A stretch of DNA of 64,000 bases from Pseudomonadota bacterium (GCA_041158345.1 JBEBBO010000008.1:841-64840); one strand, 5' to 3'; shown: positions 18,118 through 27,830, numbered from the stretch's first letter. Notes: generated from the sequence alone by a model not told the origin. Made by a program: numbers and translations.

Positions 18118-20243
18118 CAGCCTGCCTCCGCCCACCCGAGACCTCGAAGCGCGAGATCAATGATCTTGATGCCGATGAAAGGCACGATGATTCCGCCAAT
18201 GCCATAAATCATGAGATGGTCTCTAAGGAGAATTGCAGCACCCACCGGTCGATAACGGACCCCCGTTAGCGCCAGTGGAATCAGCCCGATGATGATCAAC
18301 GCATTAAAAATCACGGCCGACAAAATGGCGCTGGACGGCGTTGAAAGATGCATTAGATTAAGGTCACTCAAAATCGGGAATGTCCCCGCAAAGGCGGCAG
18401 GAATAATTGCAAAGTATTTGGCAACGTCATTGGCAATACTGAATGTCGTGAGGGCCCCTCGTGTCATTAACATCTGCTTCCCGGTCTCGACAATTTCAAT
18501 GAGCTTGGTGGGATTTGAATCAAGATCCACCATGTTTCCCGCTTCTTTGGCCGCCTGGGTGCCTGAATTCATCGCTACAGCCACATCGGCCTGAGCCAGC
18601 GCCGGTGCATCATTGGTCCCGTCTCCAGTCATTGCGACCATCCGCCCTTGCATCTGGTAATCTCGAATCAATCGAAGTTTCATTTCAGGTGTTGCTTCAG
18701 CCAGAAAATCATCCACGCCGGCTTCAGCAGCAATTGCAGCCGCTGTAATTCGGTTATCACCGGTGATCATGACCGTCTGAATGCCCATTTTTCGGAGCTG
18801 TGCAAAACGCTCACGAATTCCTCCCTTGACGATATCCTTGAGCTCAATCACGCCAAGAACGCGGGATGATTCTGCAACCAGTAATGGGGTACTTCCACGC
18901 TTGGAGACTTCATCAACCAGCGCCTGAGCGGCTTCTGGAAAGGTCCCACCCTGTTCAATGACAAAATTATGAATCGCATCCGCCGAGCCCTTTCGGATCC
19001 TGCGGGGAAGCTCCCCCTCTTTCTCCGGAGCCAGATCGACGCCACTCATCCGGGTCCGAGCACTAAACTGAATGAAGGCGGCATTCAGGGAGCGGACATC
19101 CCTCTCGCGAATCCCGAAACATTTCTTTGCTAGGACCACGACACTCCGACCTTCCGGCGTTTCGTCCGCCAGTGAAGAAAGCTGGGCAATCTGTGCAAAG
19201 GTTTCTTCGGTGCTTCCGGCCAGCGGAATAAAGGCCGCTGCCTGCCGATTACCCAGCGTTATCGTCCCGGTTTTATCCAAAAGCAGCACATCGACATCTC
19301 CCGCCGCCTCAACCGATCGTCCTGAAGTCGCAATCACATTGCGCTGCATCATTCGTCCAATTCCTGCGATGCCCACCGCGGAGAGAAGTCCTCCAATGGT
19401 GGTCGGGGTTAGACAGACCAAGAGTGAAACCAGCACGGTTATGCTGACCGGCTGTCCAGCATTTGATGCCTTGCTGGCATAGATCGAGAAAGGCAACAGA
19501 GTGGACGTTGCCAAAAGAAAGACCAAGGTCAAAGCCACCAGGAGGATCATCAAAGCGATTTCATTGGGGGATTTTTGGCGTCTGGCGTTTTCCACCATGG
19601 CAATCATCTTGTCCAAGAAGGCTTCACCCGGGTTCGCCGTAATGCGAACCACAACCCAATCTGAAAGTACTTTGGTCCCCCCGGTCACAGAACTGAAATC
19701 GCCACCGGACTCTCGGATCACCGGTGCCGATTCGCCGGTGATGGCACTTTCATCAACAGAGGCAATCCCCTCAATCACTTCACCATCACCCGGGACATAA
19801 TCGCCGGCAAGGACCATCACGAAATCGCCAACGTGAAGCGACGTTGCAGAGACCTCTAGGTATTCTTCCAAACGATCGGGTGAAGCCATCAGGCGTGCGG
19901 TCATGGCCCGCTTTGACCCTCTCAGGTAATTCACCTGGGCCTGACTTCGTCGTTCTGCCAATGCTTCTGCAAAATTGGCAAAGAGAACCGTAAACCAAAG
20001 CCAGAAAGAGATCGCAAAGATGAATCCGGGCTTTTCTTGGCCCTGCCCTGCTATGGCCTGAATTCCGAGGACGGTTGTGAGTAGTGATCCCACATAGACA
20101 ACAAACATGACCGGATTGCGTAGCTGATGGGTGGGATTTAGTTTGATGAACGCCTCACCCACTGCGCTGAGCAAAAGTTCACCGTAAGCGATTCCCGGCA
20201 TTCTTTGTAACATGGCCATTCCCTCAAGCTGAAAGCTCATCAC
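18117..20243 (-). CDS. kdpB: potassium-transporting P-type ATPase subunit KdpB
   Basis: DKTGTIT phosphorylation motif, MITGDN, and [19 protein letters not shown]. Confidence 0.95.
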   Translation of the reverse strand: MMSFQLEGMAMLQRMPGIAYGELLLSAVGEAFIKLNPTHQLRNPVMFVVYVGSLLTTVLGIQAIAGQGQEKPGFIFAISFWLWFTVLFANFAEALAERRSQAQVNYLRGSKRAMTARLMASPDRLEEYLEVSATSLHVGDFVMVLAGDYVPGDGEVIEGIASVDESAITGESAPVIRESGGDFSSVTGGTKVLSDWVVVRITANPGEAFLDKMIAMVENARRQKSPNEIALMILLVALTLVFLLATSTLLPFSIYASKASNAGQPVSITVLVSLLVCLTPTTIGGLLSAVGIAGIGRMMQRNVIATSGRSVEAAGDVDVLLLDKTGTITLGNRQAAAFIPLAGSTEETFAQIAQLSSLADETPEGRSVVVLAKKCFGIRERDVRSLNAAFIQFSARTRMSGVDLAPEKEGELPRRIRKGSADAIHNFVIEQGGTFPEAAQALVDEVSKRGSTPLLVAESSRVLGVIELKDIVKGGIRERFAQLRKMGIQTVMITGDNRITAAAIAAEAGVDDFLAEATPEMKLRLIRDYQMQGRMVAMTGDGTNDAPALAQADVAVAMNSGTQAAKEAGNMVDLDSNPTKLIEIVETGKQMLMTRGALTTFSIANDVAKYFAIIPAAFAGTFPILSDLNLMHLSTPSSAILSAVIFNALIIIGLIPLALTGVRYRPVGAAILLRDHLMIYGIGGIIVPFIGIKIIDLALRGLGWAEAG

Positions 20244-22027
20244 GAAGATGAATGGGTTTCCCTGAAAAGCAGAAGATGTTCAACCACAGGCCCAAGGACG
20301 AGTGCGGGAATAAATGTCAAAGCCCCTGTAATCAGGACAATCGCTATCAGAAGGACAAGAAAGAGGCCGTTATCCGTCGATAATGTGCCCGCACCTGCCG
20401 GGGATGTTTTCTTCAGCGCAAGGTGACCTGCAATGGCCAGAACGGGAATGGCTCCCCCTAGACGAGCGATGAACATCGTCACCCCCAGGACTAGGTTGTA
20501 GTAAGGCGTTAGGGATGTGATGCCGGCAAACGCGCTGCCATTGTTGCTTGCTGCAGAGGAGAAGGCATAGAGGATTTCACTAAATCCATGGGGTCCTGGG
20601 TTCCCCACAGCACTTCTCCCGGGTTCCACCATCACAGAAACCGCCGTGCCCATCAGAATCAAAATGGCGGGGATCAAAATGACCAGAGCCGCCATCTTCA
20701 TCTCGAAGGCTTCGATCTTTTTACCCAGATATTCCGGGGTTCGACCAATCATGAGTCCAGCAATAAATACCGCGATCATGGCGAAAACCAGCATACTGTA
20801 AAGGCCGGAGCCCACCCCGCCAAAGATCACTTCCCCCACCTGCATTAACCCCATGGGCAGTAAACCCCCGATGGGCGTGAATGAATCCAGCATGCTGTTT
20901 ACAGAACCATTAGATCCTGCCGTCGTCGCGATGGCCCATAGCGCCGATGCGATGATCCCGAATCGGGTTTCCTTCCCCTCCATGTTCCCGCCTGATTGGG
21001 AGAGATTCGCACGAGCATCAAGACCCAGTTGGGAAAGTGCCGGATTTCCCCTCTGTTCAGTCCATATTTCCACGAGGGCCAGTCCCCCGAAAACGAGGGT
21101 CATGCTGCCGACAATGACCATTCCTTGTCGTAGATCACCGACCAACGAACCAAAGGTGAAACAGAGCGCGGCAGGAAGAAGAAGTATCGAGAGCAATTCG
21201 AGGAAATTCGATAGAGGTGTGGGATTTTCAAAGGGATGTGCTGAATTTGCATGGAAATAACCGCCCCCATTGGTTCCTAACTGCTTAATGGCTATCTGCG
21301 AGGCCACAGGACCCAGTGGAATGATCTGCGCATTCAGACAGCCCTCAGGACAGTCCCGATATCCATCCGAACGCCCAACCGTCGAATGGAAGCACTCAAG
21401 CGTTTTGAGGGGCTGATCAGGGGTAAGGCTTTGGACCACACCCTGACTGATTAAAAGAACTGAGAGCAGTATCGCCAATGGCAGCAATACGTACAGATTG
21501 GCTCGAGTGAGGTCAACCCAGAAGTTGCCTATCCGTGAGGTATTTAGTCGGGTAAAACCTCGAACTAAGGCGAAGAGGACAGCCATCCCTGAAGCGGCTG
21601 AAAGGAAGTTCTGGACGGTAAGGCCTAGCATTTGGGTGAGATAGCTGAGCGTCGTTTCGCCAACATAGCTCTGCCAGTTGGTGTTTGTGACAAAGCTCAT
21701 CGCGATATTGAAGGCCAGATCTGACGGGACATCGGGCCGATGTTGAGGGTTGAGGGGATGCGATCCTTGCACTCTGAGTAGCGCGTACAAGGCGATCGCA
21801 CCCGTGACACTGAAAATCATGAGATGTAAGGCGTACTCCTTCCAATCCATCTCATGATCAGGATCAATGCCTGTTATGCGATAAAGCGCGTTTTCCAGCG
21901 GCCAGAATAAATTCAGCGATCGTGAATCGCCTTGTACCAATCTCGCTATTAAAAGACCAAGAGGATAGGCCAACGCAAAAAGTATGATTAGGAGTTCAAG
22001 CAATTCAATGACTGCCGCGTGAATCAT
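20240..22027 (-). CDS. kdpA: potassium-transporting ATPase subunit KdpA
   Basis: Polytopic protein with KdpA selectivity-filter-like motifs ([22 protein letters not shown]). The ATG at 22027 (MIHAAV...) overlaps the kdpF stop in an ATGA arrangement. Confidence 0.95.
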   Translation of the reverse strand: MIHAAVIELLELLIILFALAYPLGLLIARLVQGDSRSLNLFWPLENALYRITGIDPDHEMDWKEYALHLMIFSVTGAIALYALLRVQGSHPLNPQHRPDVPSDLAFNIAMSFVTNTNWQSYVGETTLSYLTQMLGLTVQNFLSAASGMAVLFALVRGFTRLNTSRIGNFWVDLTRANLYVLLPLAILLSVLLISQGVVQSLTPDQPLKTLECFHSTVGRSDGYRDCPEGCLNAQIIPLGPVASQIAIKQLGTNGGGYFHANSAHPFENPTPLSNFLELLSILLLPAALCFTFGSLVGDLRQGMVIVGSMTLVFGGLALVEIWTEQRGNPALSQLGLDARANLSQSGGNMEGKETRFGIIASALWAIATTAGSNGSVNSMLDSFTPIGGLLPMGLMQVGEVIFGGVGSGLYSMLVFAMIAVFIAGLMIGRTPEYLGKKIEAFEMKMAALVILIPAILILMGTAVSVMVEPGRSAVGNPGPHGFSEILYAFSSAASNNGSAFAGITSLTPYYNLVLGVTMFIARLGGAIPVLAIAGHLALKKTSPAGAGTLSTDNGLFLVLLIAIVLITGALTFIPALVLGPVVEHLLLFRETHSSS

Positions 22028-22116
22028 TGAAACCGCTCTGGAAAAAAGAGGGCAATCAGAAGGTAAACGAGGAGAACACCTGCGACCCATGAAACGATGA
22101 AGTCGGTGGTATCCAT
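22024..22116 (-). CDS. kdpF: KdpF (30-aa membrane peptide), not in the ORF track
   Basis: Hand translation gives [30 protein letters not shown], a single TM helix ending in the KdpF-like PERF motif. Its TGA overlaps the kdpA ATG. Confidence 0.7.
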   Translation of the reverse strand: MDTTDFIVSWVAGVLLVYLLIALFFPERFQ

Positions 22117-22278
22117 CAATGCCCTGTTAATCGATGGATTGCTATAACCGCGGAGTCACTAGTCATGCGTTCGTTCGTTATCAGAGTTTGAGATCCATTC
22201 GTCCCCGGTGTCTCATGTCTCAGGGAAAGCAAGTACCCCTGTGCACATGAAGTCCTCTCTCACAGCAAAGGGGTTATT

Positions 22279-22470
22279 TCAGAAAAAGATGAATCCAAGA
22301 ATGAGAGCCGCCGCCAGTATCCAAAAACCGATACGGCGATCATGTCGGATCCGAGCGAGAAGACCTCGCTTATCCATATTCTCGTTTCCGCCTGAGTTAT
22401 CCCCTGAGGCACTGCCAGTCCCCGGATCCCTTCCCTCGTGCGCCTTAATCTCTTCCTCTTCGTTTGCCAT
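22279..22470 (-). CDS. small tail-anchored protein (63 aa; acidic/Gly-rich N-terminus, C-terminal TM)
   Basis: The ATG at 22470 has AGGAG 7 nt upstream. The sequence is MANEEEEIKAHEGRDPGTGS...RRIGFWILAAALILGFIFF. The rest of the 164-aa track ORF looks non-coding. Confidence 0.4.
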   Translation of the reverse strand: MANEEEEIKAHEGRDPGTGSASGDNSGGNENMDKRGLLARIRHDRRIGFWILAAALILGFIFF

Positions 22471-22699
22471 GACTTTGCTCCTGATGCGTGTGATGTTTCG
22501 TCTTGGGTGACACGCGTAAACGCTCCTTTCCCCAGTCCAAAGTCTCATGGGGATATCTTCTTTTCTATAGTCACACTTACGCACAGGGTGGACTTCTGCA
22601 TTAGTGGCAGCGGGTCTCCTCCGGCTTAAAGGAGATGATTGATGAGGCCTATCAGGCAAACAGAGGTAATCATCCTTATTCCTCAATTGGCTGACTTTC

Positions 22700-22890
22700 G
22701 TAGAGCATGCTTCCCGGACAAACCCTCGCCTTGAGGGAAGGTCTCTCCTAAAACACAGATTCAGGATAGACACCAGCTTGACTACCCCTCTCCCTAAAGG
22801 AAGAGGATTCCTGCTTCATTAAGAACTGCTTATGCCGTTTGGCGACACAAGTCTGACATTCTCTCCACGGGCTAACACCGCAAGTCCTGC
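22700..22890 (-). ncRNA. putative TnpB omega/reRNA scaffold region
   Basis: Established TnpB biology places the guide RNA scaffold over the tnpB 3' end and the right end of the element. A hairpin at 22787-22806 pairs perfectly (with one G-U) only in the minus-sense transcript and is conserved with a compensatory change at 32067-32086. Confidence 0.35.
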
Positions 22891-23968
22891 GGCTTTGATG
22901 TTGCGTGCCGCATTGATGTCCCGATCCAAAAGGGTCGAGCAGGAAGAACAGGTCCATTCCCGGTCATTCAACGTCAGCGCATCGTTGATGTATCCGCAAC
23001 AAGAACAACGCTTGGAGCTTGGAAAGAAGGTGTCGATCGCGACAACGCTTCGCCCCGCCCAATCCGCTTTATATTCCAGCATTCTCACGAAATATCCCCA
23101 GCCAGCATCAGCAATGTGCTTGCTGAGCTGGGGGTTGCGGGTCAGGTTCTTGACCTTGAGGGATTCAACGCAGAACACTTGGTTATCGTTAATCAGTCTG
23201 CGAGATAACTGGTGGAGGTTATCCATCCGGCCATCGGAGATCTTGGCGTGAATGCGGGCCACCTTACGTTTGGCCTTGGCCCGGTTCTTCGAACCGAATG
23301 CTTTGTGAGCCAATCGCCTCTGGTATCGCGCGAGCTGAGCCGCATATTTAGCTGTACGGCGTGGATTGCCGGTTTTATCTCCCTCATCGGTCACGAAGAG
23401 ATCCTTGATGCCCAGATCAATGCCGAGGGTATTCGGCGTCACACTCAGCACCGTCGGAGTGAATTCGCACAGGCACGAAACAAAGTAACGTCCTGCCGAA
23501 TCTTTGGTCAGCTTCAGGGTACTGGGTGCCGAGGGAAGTTCCCGCGACCAGCGAACATCCAGAGGCTCCGGACTCTTCGCCATATAGAGCTTCCCCTCTC
23601 GGTAGCTGAAAGCTCTCTGGGTCAATTCCGCCGACTGGCGGCCATGTTTCTTCTTGAAGGTCGGGTATTTGGCTCGCCCCTCAAAAAAGTTCGTAAAGGC
23701 GCTTTGCTGATGGCGAAGACATTGCTGCAAAGGCACCGAGGAGACATCATTGAGATAGGCAAACTCCGGAAGGCGTTTGATTTCCGTCAGCCGGGCTCTG
23801 GCCTTGAGGTAATTGATCTTTTCCTGTCGTTCCTGATAGGCCAAGCTACGCCACTCTAGGATCAGGTTATAGACTTTACGCACACACACCGAAGGTCTGA
23901 GCCAGAAGAACCTCCTGCTCAGGCGTGGGGTAGAACCGATATTTGTAGGCCCGTTTGCGCGTATTCAC
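22819..23968 (-). pseudogene. tnpB: tnpB (RNA-guided endonuclease / IS605 OrfB) interrupted by a frameshift in a (GT)4 tract
   Basis: The 356-aa ORF has RuvC D (GIDLGIKD), E (CVESLKV), zinc finger CSCCG...CSSC and DRDINAARNI. The canonical N-terminus MNTRKRAYKYRFYPTPEQEVLLAQTFGVCA* lies in another frame (GTG 23968 to stop 23876). The two frames meet at GTGTGTGTG (23881-23889). Confidence 0.8.
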
Positions 23969-24074
23969 GACGCGGAATATAGCCTGTGCTAACTATTCAG
24001 GCAACCGCTCTCCGGATCGAAGAGTTCGCTATGCCTCCCCGCCCCGAAGGACGGGGTTTCTCGCGAGATTAACG

Positions 24075-24335
24075 TTGAAAAATCTTTTTGTGGGCAATCG
24101 CAGTTACGCCAGCGACAATCAACAGTTGCACGCGCTTTTCTCACCATTCGGCCAAGTTCAGTCGGCGAATGTGGTCATGGATCGGGTGACGGGCCAATCC
24201 AAAGGCTTTGGATTTGTCGCCATGGCGGAGAACGAAGCCAAAACCGCTATCAGTGAACTGCATGGGAAAGAAATTCAGGGGCGCCCCTTAACGGTGAATG
24301 AAGCAAAACCCAGGGGAGTCACCGGGACCGGCTAA
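24075..24335 (+). CDS. RRM-type RNA-binding protein (paralog 1, TTG start, atypical RNP2)
   Basis: RNP2-like LFVGNRSY and RNP1 KGFGFVAM, 86 aa. The TTG at 24075 sits directly at the IS end, and the upstream in-frame part of track ORF 23955-24335 reads through IS sequence. Confidence 0.7.
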   Translation: MKNLFVGNRSYASDNQQLHALFSPFGQVQSANVVMDRVTGQSKGFGFVAMAENEAKTAISELHGKEIQGRPLTVNEAKPRGVTGTG

Positions 24336-24723
24336 ACCTAACTCCTCAGGAAGTGATGGGTCAGACTCGGGTTTTTCTCGCCGGAATCAGGCGCTGGGCC
24401 ATTAGTATGCCGGTCATGGCTTATTTGAAAGGTAATCCCGAAGGGATCACTGAATCTCAGAGTTGACCGCTTATTTGTCCCTGTCTCTCACGATTTTTAG
24501 ATGATAGGAAAACTACTTCCGTGGTTTTACCAAGTACCCAAACGGGGTTTTTCCAGTGCGGTTCGGTCACGTACCGTCCCTTACCGCTTTTTGGAGGGAA
24601 ACGGCGTACTTGGCAGGTATCCCCAGATCCACCCATTCGTTTTTCATAAAAAATCTATACAAATCTTCATCTAACCTTAATGCGTCAATCATCACTATTG
24701 ATGATTCGAAGCGATAGACTGCT

Positions 24724-25476
24724 ATGGTCTCCTTTCAGCTTCAGAGATTTAGAGACTATCAGGGGGAATCCATGCCATCTCAAGATCAAGGGGCGAAGTT
24801 ACTCGCTCTAATCGCCCATGAAATTCGGAGCCCTCTATCGGTCATCACGAATACCGCTCAGCTTCTGAATATGAACGAAGACGCCACGCCAGAAGAGCGG
24901 GCGTGTTACGAGCTCATCATGAGACAAGCCCGTCAAATTGACGACACAGCAAATACCCTGATTTCAATTTCCAGAATCAAGCTGGGAAAGGATCCCATTC
25001 CACGCGATGACTTTCTCTTGTGCGAGCAATTGTTCGAGGTCATCGAGTCGAGTCGCCATCTTTTTGAAAAAAAGTCGATGCGTGTTCGCTTGGAGACGCC
25101 CCCCCATGCGACCACTGTCTCTGGATCAAAGATTCTGTTTAAGCAGGCCATGATTAACCTGCTAAACAACGCCTTGAAATTCAGCCCTTCAAATAGCAAC
25201 GTTCATGTCAATGTCAGCCAGGAGAATGAGCGGGTTGTGGTCTCCGTCAAGGACGAGGGGCGTGGGTTAGACCCGAATGAAACACGGTCCCTGTTTTCCC
25301 TGTATGTACAATCTGGAGACAACTCAAATCGTTCAGGGCTCGGAATGGGCCTCTACCTTGTGAAGAAGATCGCCCGCCTCCATGGGGGCGGTGTATCAGT
25401 ATCGTCTGAGGGCCATGGCAAGGGTTGTGACTTTCGACTATGGCTTCCGATTTCGGACTCTACCCTGATGGCTTAA
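24724..25476 (+). CDS. transmitter-only histidine kinase (HisKA + HATPase_c, no sensor or TM domains)
   Basis: H-box LIAHEIRSPLSVI, N-box LLNNALKFSP, G1 DEGRGL, G2 GLGMGLYLVKKIARLHGG. An alternative start at ATG 24772 is preceded by GGGGGA. Confidence 0.85.
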   Translation: MVSFQLQRFRDYQGESMPSQDQGAKLLALIAHEIRSPLSVITNTAQLLNMNEDATPEERACYELIMRQARQIDDTANTLISISRIKLGKDPIPRDDFLLCEQLFEVIESSRHLFEKKSMRVRLETPPHATTVSGSKILFKQAMINLLNNALKFSPSNSNVHVNVSQENERVVVSVKDEGRGLDPNETRSLFSLYVQSGDNSNRSGLGMGLYLVKKIARLHGGGVSVSSEGHGKGCDFRLWLPISDSTLMA

Positions 25477-25618
25477 GTTTCCAGGCTGCAGTCACTGGTA
25501 TGCAATTGTCCTGATATCACGCTATCCAGTTTTCGGGGAATATGCTTCGGGTGACTCTAGCCCCAAGATCGGCTTGGATGATTTATTCAGAATTTAAAGC
25601 ATCAGGACATAGACCAGC

Positions 25619-25933
25619 ATGAAGAACCTCTATATAGGCAACCTCATTTACGGCATCGACAGTCAAAAACTAAAGGCGCTGTTCACGTCGTTCGGGCCAG
25701 TCAAATCTGCGAGTGTCGTCATTGACCGGGATACCGGCCGTTCCAAAGGGTGTGGCTTTGTCGAGATGGGAGCCACTGAGGCCAGTGCTGCCATATTGGC
25801 GCTTAACGGCAAAGAGTTTGAGAGTCGTGCTCTAAGGGTCAACAAGGCGAAACCACGTGAGACAACCAAGACCCGAGGAATTAGCCCTTTGGGGAGAGAT
25901 CGATTTGAGGCGGGACCCTCGCGAGGATTCTAG
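25619..25933 (+). CDS. RRM-type RNA-binding protein (paralog 2)
   Basis: RNP2 LYIGNLIY and RNP1 KGCGFVEM, followed by a short R/G-containing tail. Confidence 0.9.
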   Translation: MKNLYIGNLIYGIDSQKLKALFTSFGPVKSASVVIDRDTGRSKGCGFVEMGATEASAAILALNGKEFESRALRVNKAKPRETTKTRGISPLGRDRFEAGPSRGF

Positions 25934-26264
25934 GAGTCGTTCCTTATCCTTGCGATACCAATCGCATAACCAAAGTGCCCATTGCGTCGCCGATGATGCG
26001 CACTGAGCCTACGTAGCCTTTTCCTAGGCTAACCTTGTGAATCAAGATTCCATTCAGTCCTTCCGTGCGATGGTATAAATCACATTTACCTGAATACCTT
26101 CTAATCGAGCAATCTTCATGAGCTTCAAATTAAGCTCTTGCACCTTGCGTTGAGTCTCGGCATCGGGCTTCTCCATTGTGACCCGATAACCCGAACCAAT
26201 GACGCGAGATTCAAACGATGCCGTTCAGTCGCTTGAGGTTCGACAGGTCATCCATATTGTCTAA

Positions 26265-26291
26265 ACGACGGGGTTTCTCGCGAGGTTCACG
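26265..26291 (-). repeat. solo copy of the IS end motif (ACGACGGGGTTTCTCGCGAGGTTCACG)
   Basis: Direct comparison with 24048-24074 and 32171-32197. A weaker partial copy (GCGAGATTCAAACGATG) lies at 26204-26220. Confidence 0.45.
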
Positions 26292-26327
26292 ATGAAGCCA
26301 TCTGAAGTACTTGCTCTGAATTGAGCA

Positions 26328-26456
26328 TCAAGGACCATCATCGATATCATCGGGTTCGATCTCAGACACATGGGTCAATTCAAGGGTAAATTCTTCAAAC
26401 TTCACTTCATCTTCATGATCCAGGGATTCATAAGCCGATTTAATTGAATGAGTCAT
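26328..26456 (-). CDS. hypothetical acidic micro-protein (42 aa)
   Basis: Hand translation gives MTHSIKSAYESLDHEDEVKFEEFTLELTHVSEIEPDDIDDGP*, with AGGAGAG 6 nt upstream of the ATG. Confidence 0.25.
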   Translation of the reverse strand: MTHSIKSAYESLDHEDEVKFEEFTLELTHVSEIEPDDIDDGP

Positions 26457-26549
26457 TGGGTCTCTCCTAAGATTCGGATCGCATCCTCAGCATAGGACCC
26501 CAATTCAGTAAGAAGGTTGCGAGTCATCACCGACTCCTCGATCCTTCCC

Positions 26550-26900
26550 TTAAAGCTGGGAAGTTTTATCCGTATAGCACCGCATCACCAGCCGAAACTC
26601 TCGTTCGAAATTCCGTGGCGCATAGGGTGATATAGCATGGAGCGGATCAAGTATTTGAAGCAGCGCTGCGTCAAAGCAGACACCCGGTGAAATGGATTCT
26701 CCCGTCGCTATCTTCATGAGGGTGGCCAACGCCACTTCTCGATCTTCAGATAGTCGAATCGCTTTAAAGAAGATGACCTGATCATGCGCAAGCTGATCGA
26801 ATCGTTCCGCAAGGGAGAATGCACAGTAGGTAAACCATTCCGAGGACTCGGGGCTGGTCGGTGGGTCTTTACGTCGGAGTAGCGATTTCAGGAATCCCAT
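26550..26900 (-). CDS. hypothetical protein
   Basis: Track ORF. The ATG at 26900 (MGFLKSLL...) is used in place of the TTG at 26906. No family recognised. Confidence 0.4.
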   Translation of the reverse strand: MGFLKSLLRRKDPPTSPESSEWFTYCAFSLAERFDQLAHDQVIFFKAIRLSEDREVALATLMKIATGESISPGVCFDAALLQILDPLHAISPYAPRNFEREFRLVMRCYTDKTSQL

Positions 26901-27161
26901 ACACAAATTTTTCTGAAAAAAAATTCAACTTCAAAGTGACCGCATGGGGCGAGTTTTGAGCAAAAGGCGCAACCTAGGGGCAAGGATTCCTCATGGACGC
27001 CAACTCGTCACCCGTTCGTTGGGCTATAAACGCAACTTTCGCATTCTGCTGAACCACAGGGGAACATTTTCAATCCTCAGACTGACAAAGTGAGGCGCCT
27101 TCGGATGGATTGGATCCCAAGGTAATACCTTTGTCACTGGTGTATCAGAGTCTCGCTGTTT

Positions 27162-27455
27162 ATGAAAACCCTTTATGTCACCAACCTCAGTTATCTGATC
27201 GACGATCTCAGACTGCGTCAGATTTTCTCACCATTTGGTGAAGTCCTCTCGGCCAAGATCATTATGGACCGGGAAACTGGGCGGTCTAGAGGGTTTGGCT
27301 TTGTCGAAATGCAATCCGAAGCCGCAGACTCCGCCACGAAAGGGATGAACGGTAAAGAAGTTGAAGGCCGTGTGCTGACAGTCACTGAAGCGAGACCGAG
27401 GGGCCAAGCCAAAAATCATGCCCAATATGGCGGACGAGACCGGGCAATACCCTGA
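27162..27455 (+). CDS. RRM-type RNA-binding protein (paralog 3)
   Basis: RNP2 LYVTNLSY and RNP1 RGFGFVEM. Confidence 0.9.
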   Translation: MKTLYVTNLSYLIDDLRLRQIFSPFGEVLSAKIIMDRETGRSRGFGFVEMQSEAADSATKGMNGKEVEGRVLTVTEARPRGQAKNHAQYGGRDRAIP

Positions 27456-27510
27456 CTCGGCTTAATCGTTGAGATCAGTACCAAAGCATATCTGGTTGAG
27501 GTATCCCATC

Positions 27511-27810
27511 ATGGGCGAGAAAGACATTTATTTAGAGCGGCTCAGTGAACAGCTTGACGGCTGGAAAGCAGAAATCCTGGCGCTTGAGATGAAGGCCGAG
27601 ACCGGAGGAGACGAAGTCAAAGCAAGTTGCGAGGAAGCCTTGAGCGAATTGAAGAATGTCTACGAGGCAACCCAGGCAAATGTAGGAGTTTGGATCGAAT
27701 CAGCGGATGACTCCTGGGAAGTACTTGAGGCAAATGTGGAGGGGCATATCGAATCCGCTACCTCAGCGCTCAAGAGTGCAATCCAGCATATGAAGACCCT
27801 TATCGGTTAG
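27511..27810 (+). CDS. coiled-coil hypothetical protein (99 aa)
   Basis: The ATG at 27511 is 55 nt after the RRM gene stop. The sequence is helical and E/A/L-rich (LERLSEQLDGWKAEILALEMKAE...). Confidence 0.5.
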   Translation: MGEKDIYLERLSEQLDGWKAEILALEMKAETGGDEVKASCEEALSELKNVYEATQANVGVWIESADDSWEVLEANVEGHIESATSALKSAIQHMKTLIG

Positions 27811-27830
27811 GACAGCGATGGGAAGCCGAT

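Larger units (their letters stand above)
22700..24074 (-). mobile_element. IS200/IS605-family element carrying only tnpB (IS1341-like, no tnpA)
   Basis: It contains the tnpB gene. The high-coordinate end GACGGGGTTTCTCGCGAGATTAACG recurs at 26265-26291 and 32172-32197. The low-coordinate end is approximate and was placed by similarity to 31955-32090. Confidence 0.7.

Noticed and set aside
22117-22278. Possible riboswitch (for example c-di-AMP/ydaO type) in the kdp leader
   Set aside because: I could not find the conserved ydaO-type core sequences by eye. A covariance-model scan would be needed.
22471-22773. N-terminal 101 codons of the 164-aa track ORF
   Set aside because: The translation is Arg/Pro/Ser-rich and junk-like, and it overlaps the IS right-end/omega-RNA-like region. 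Only the C-terminal 63 codons have an RBS and protein-like sequence.
23955-24074. In-frame upstream extension of the first RRM gene (126-aa track ORF)
   Set aside because: This part reads through the IS left end and has no similarity to the RRM paralogs, which all start at the (M)K(N/T)LY position.
25491-27142. Shared 9-mer GTCACTGGT upstream of two RRM genes (near 25491 and 27134)
   Set aside because: A single 9-nt match between two spacers of this size is not clearly beyond chance, and I saw no further flanking similarity.
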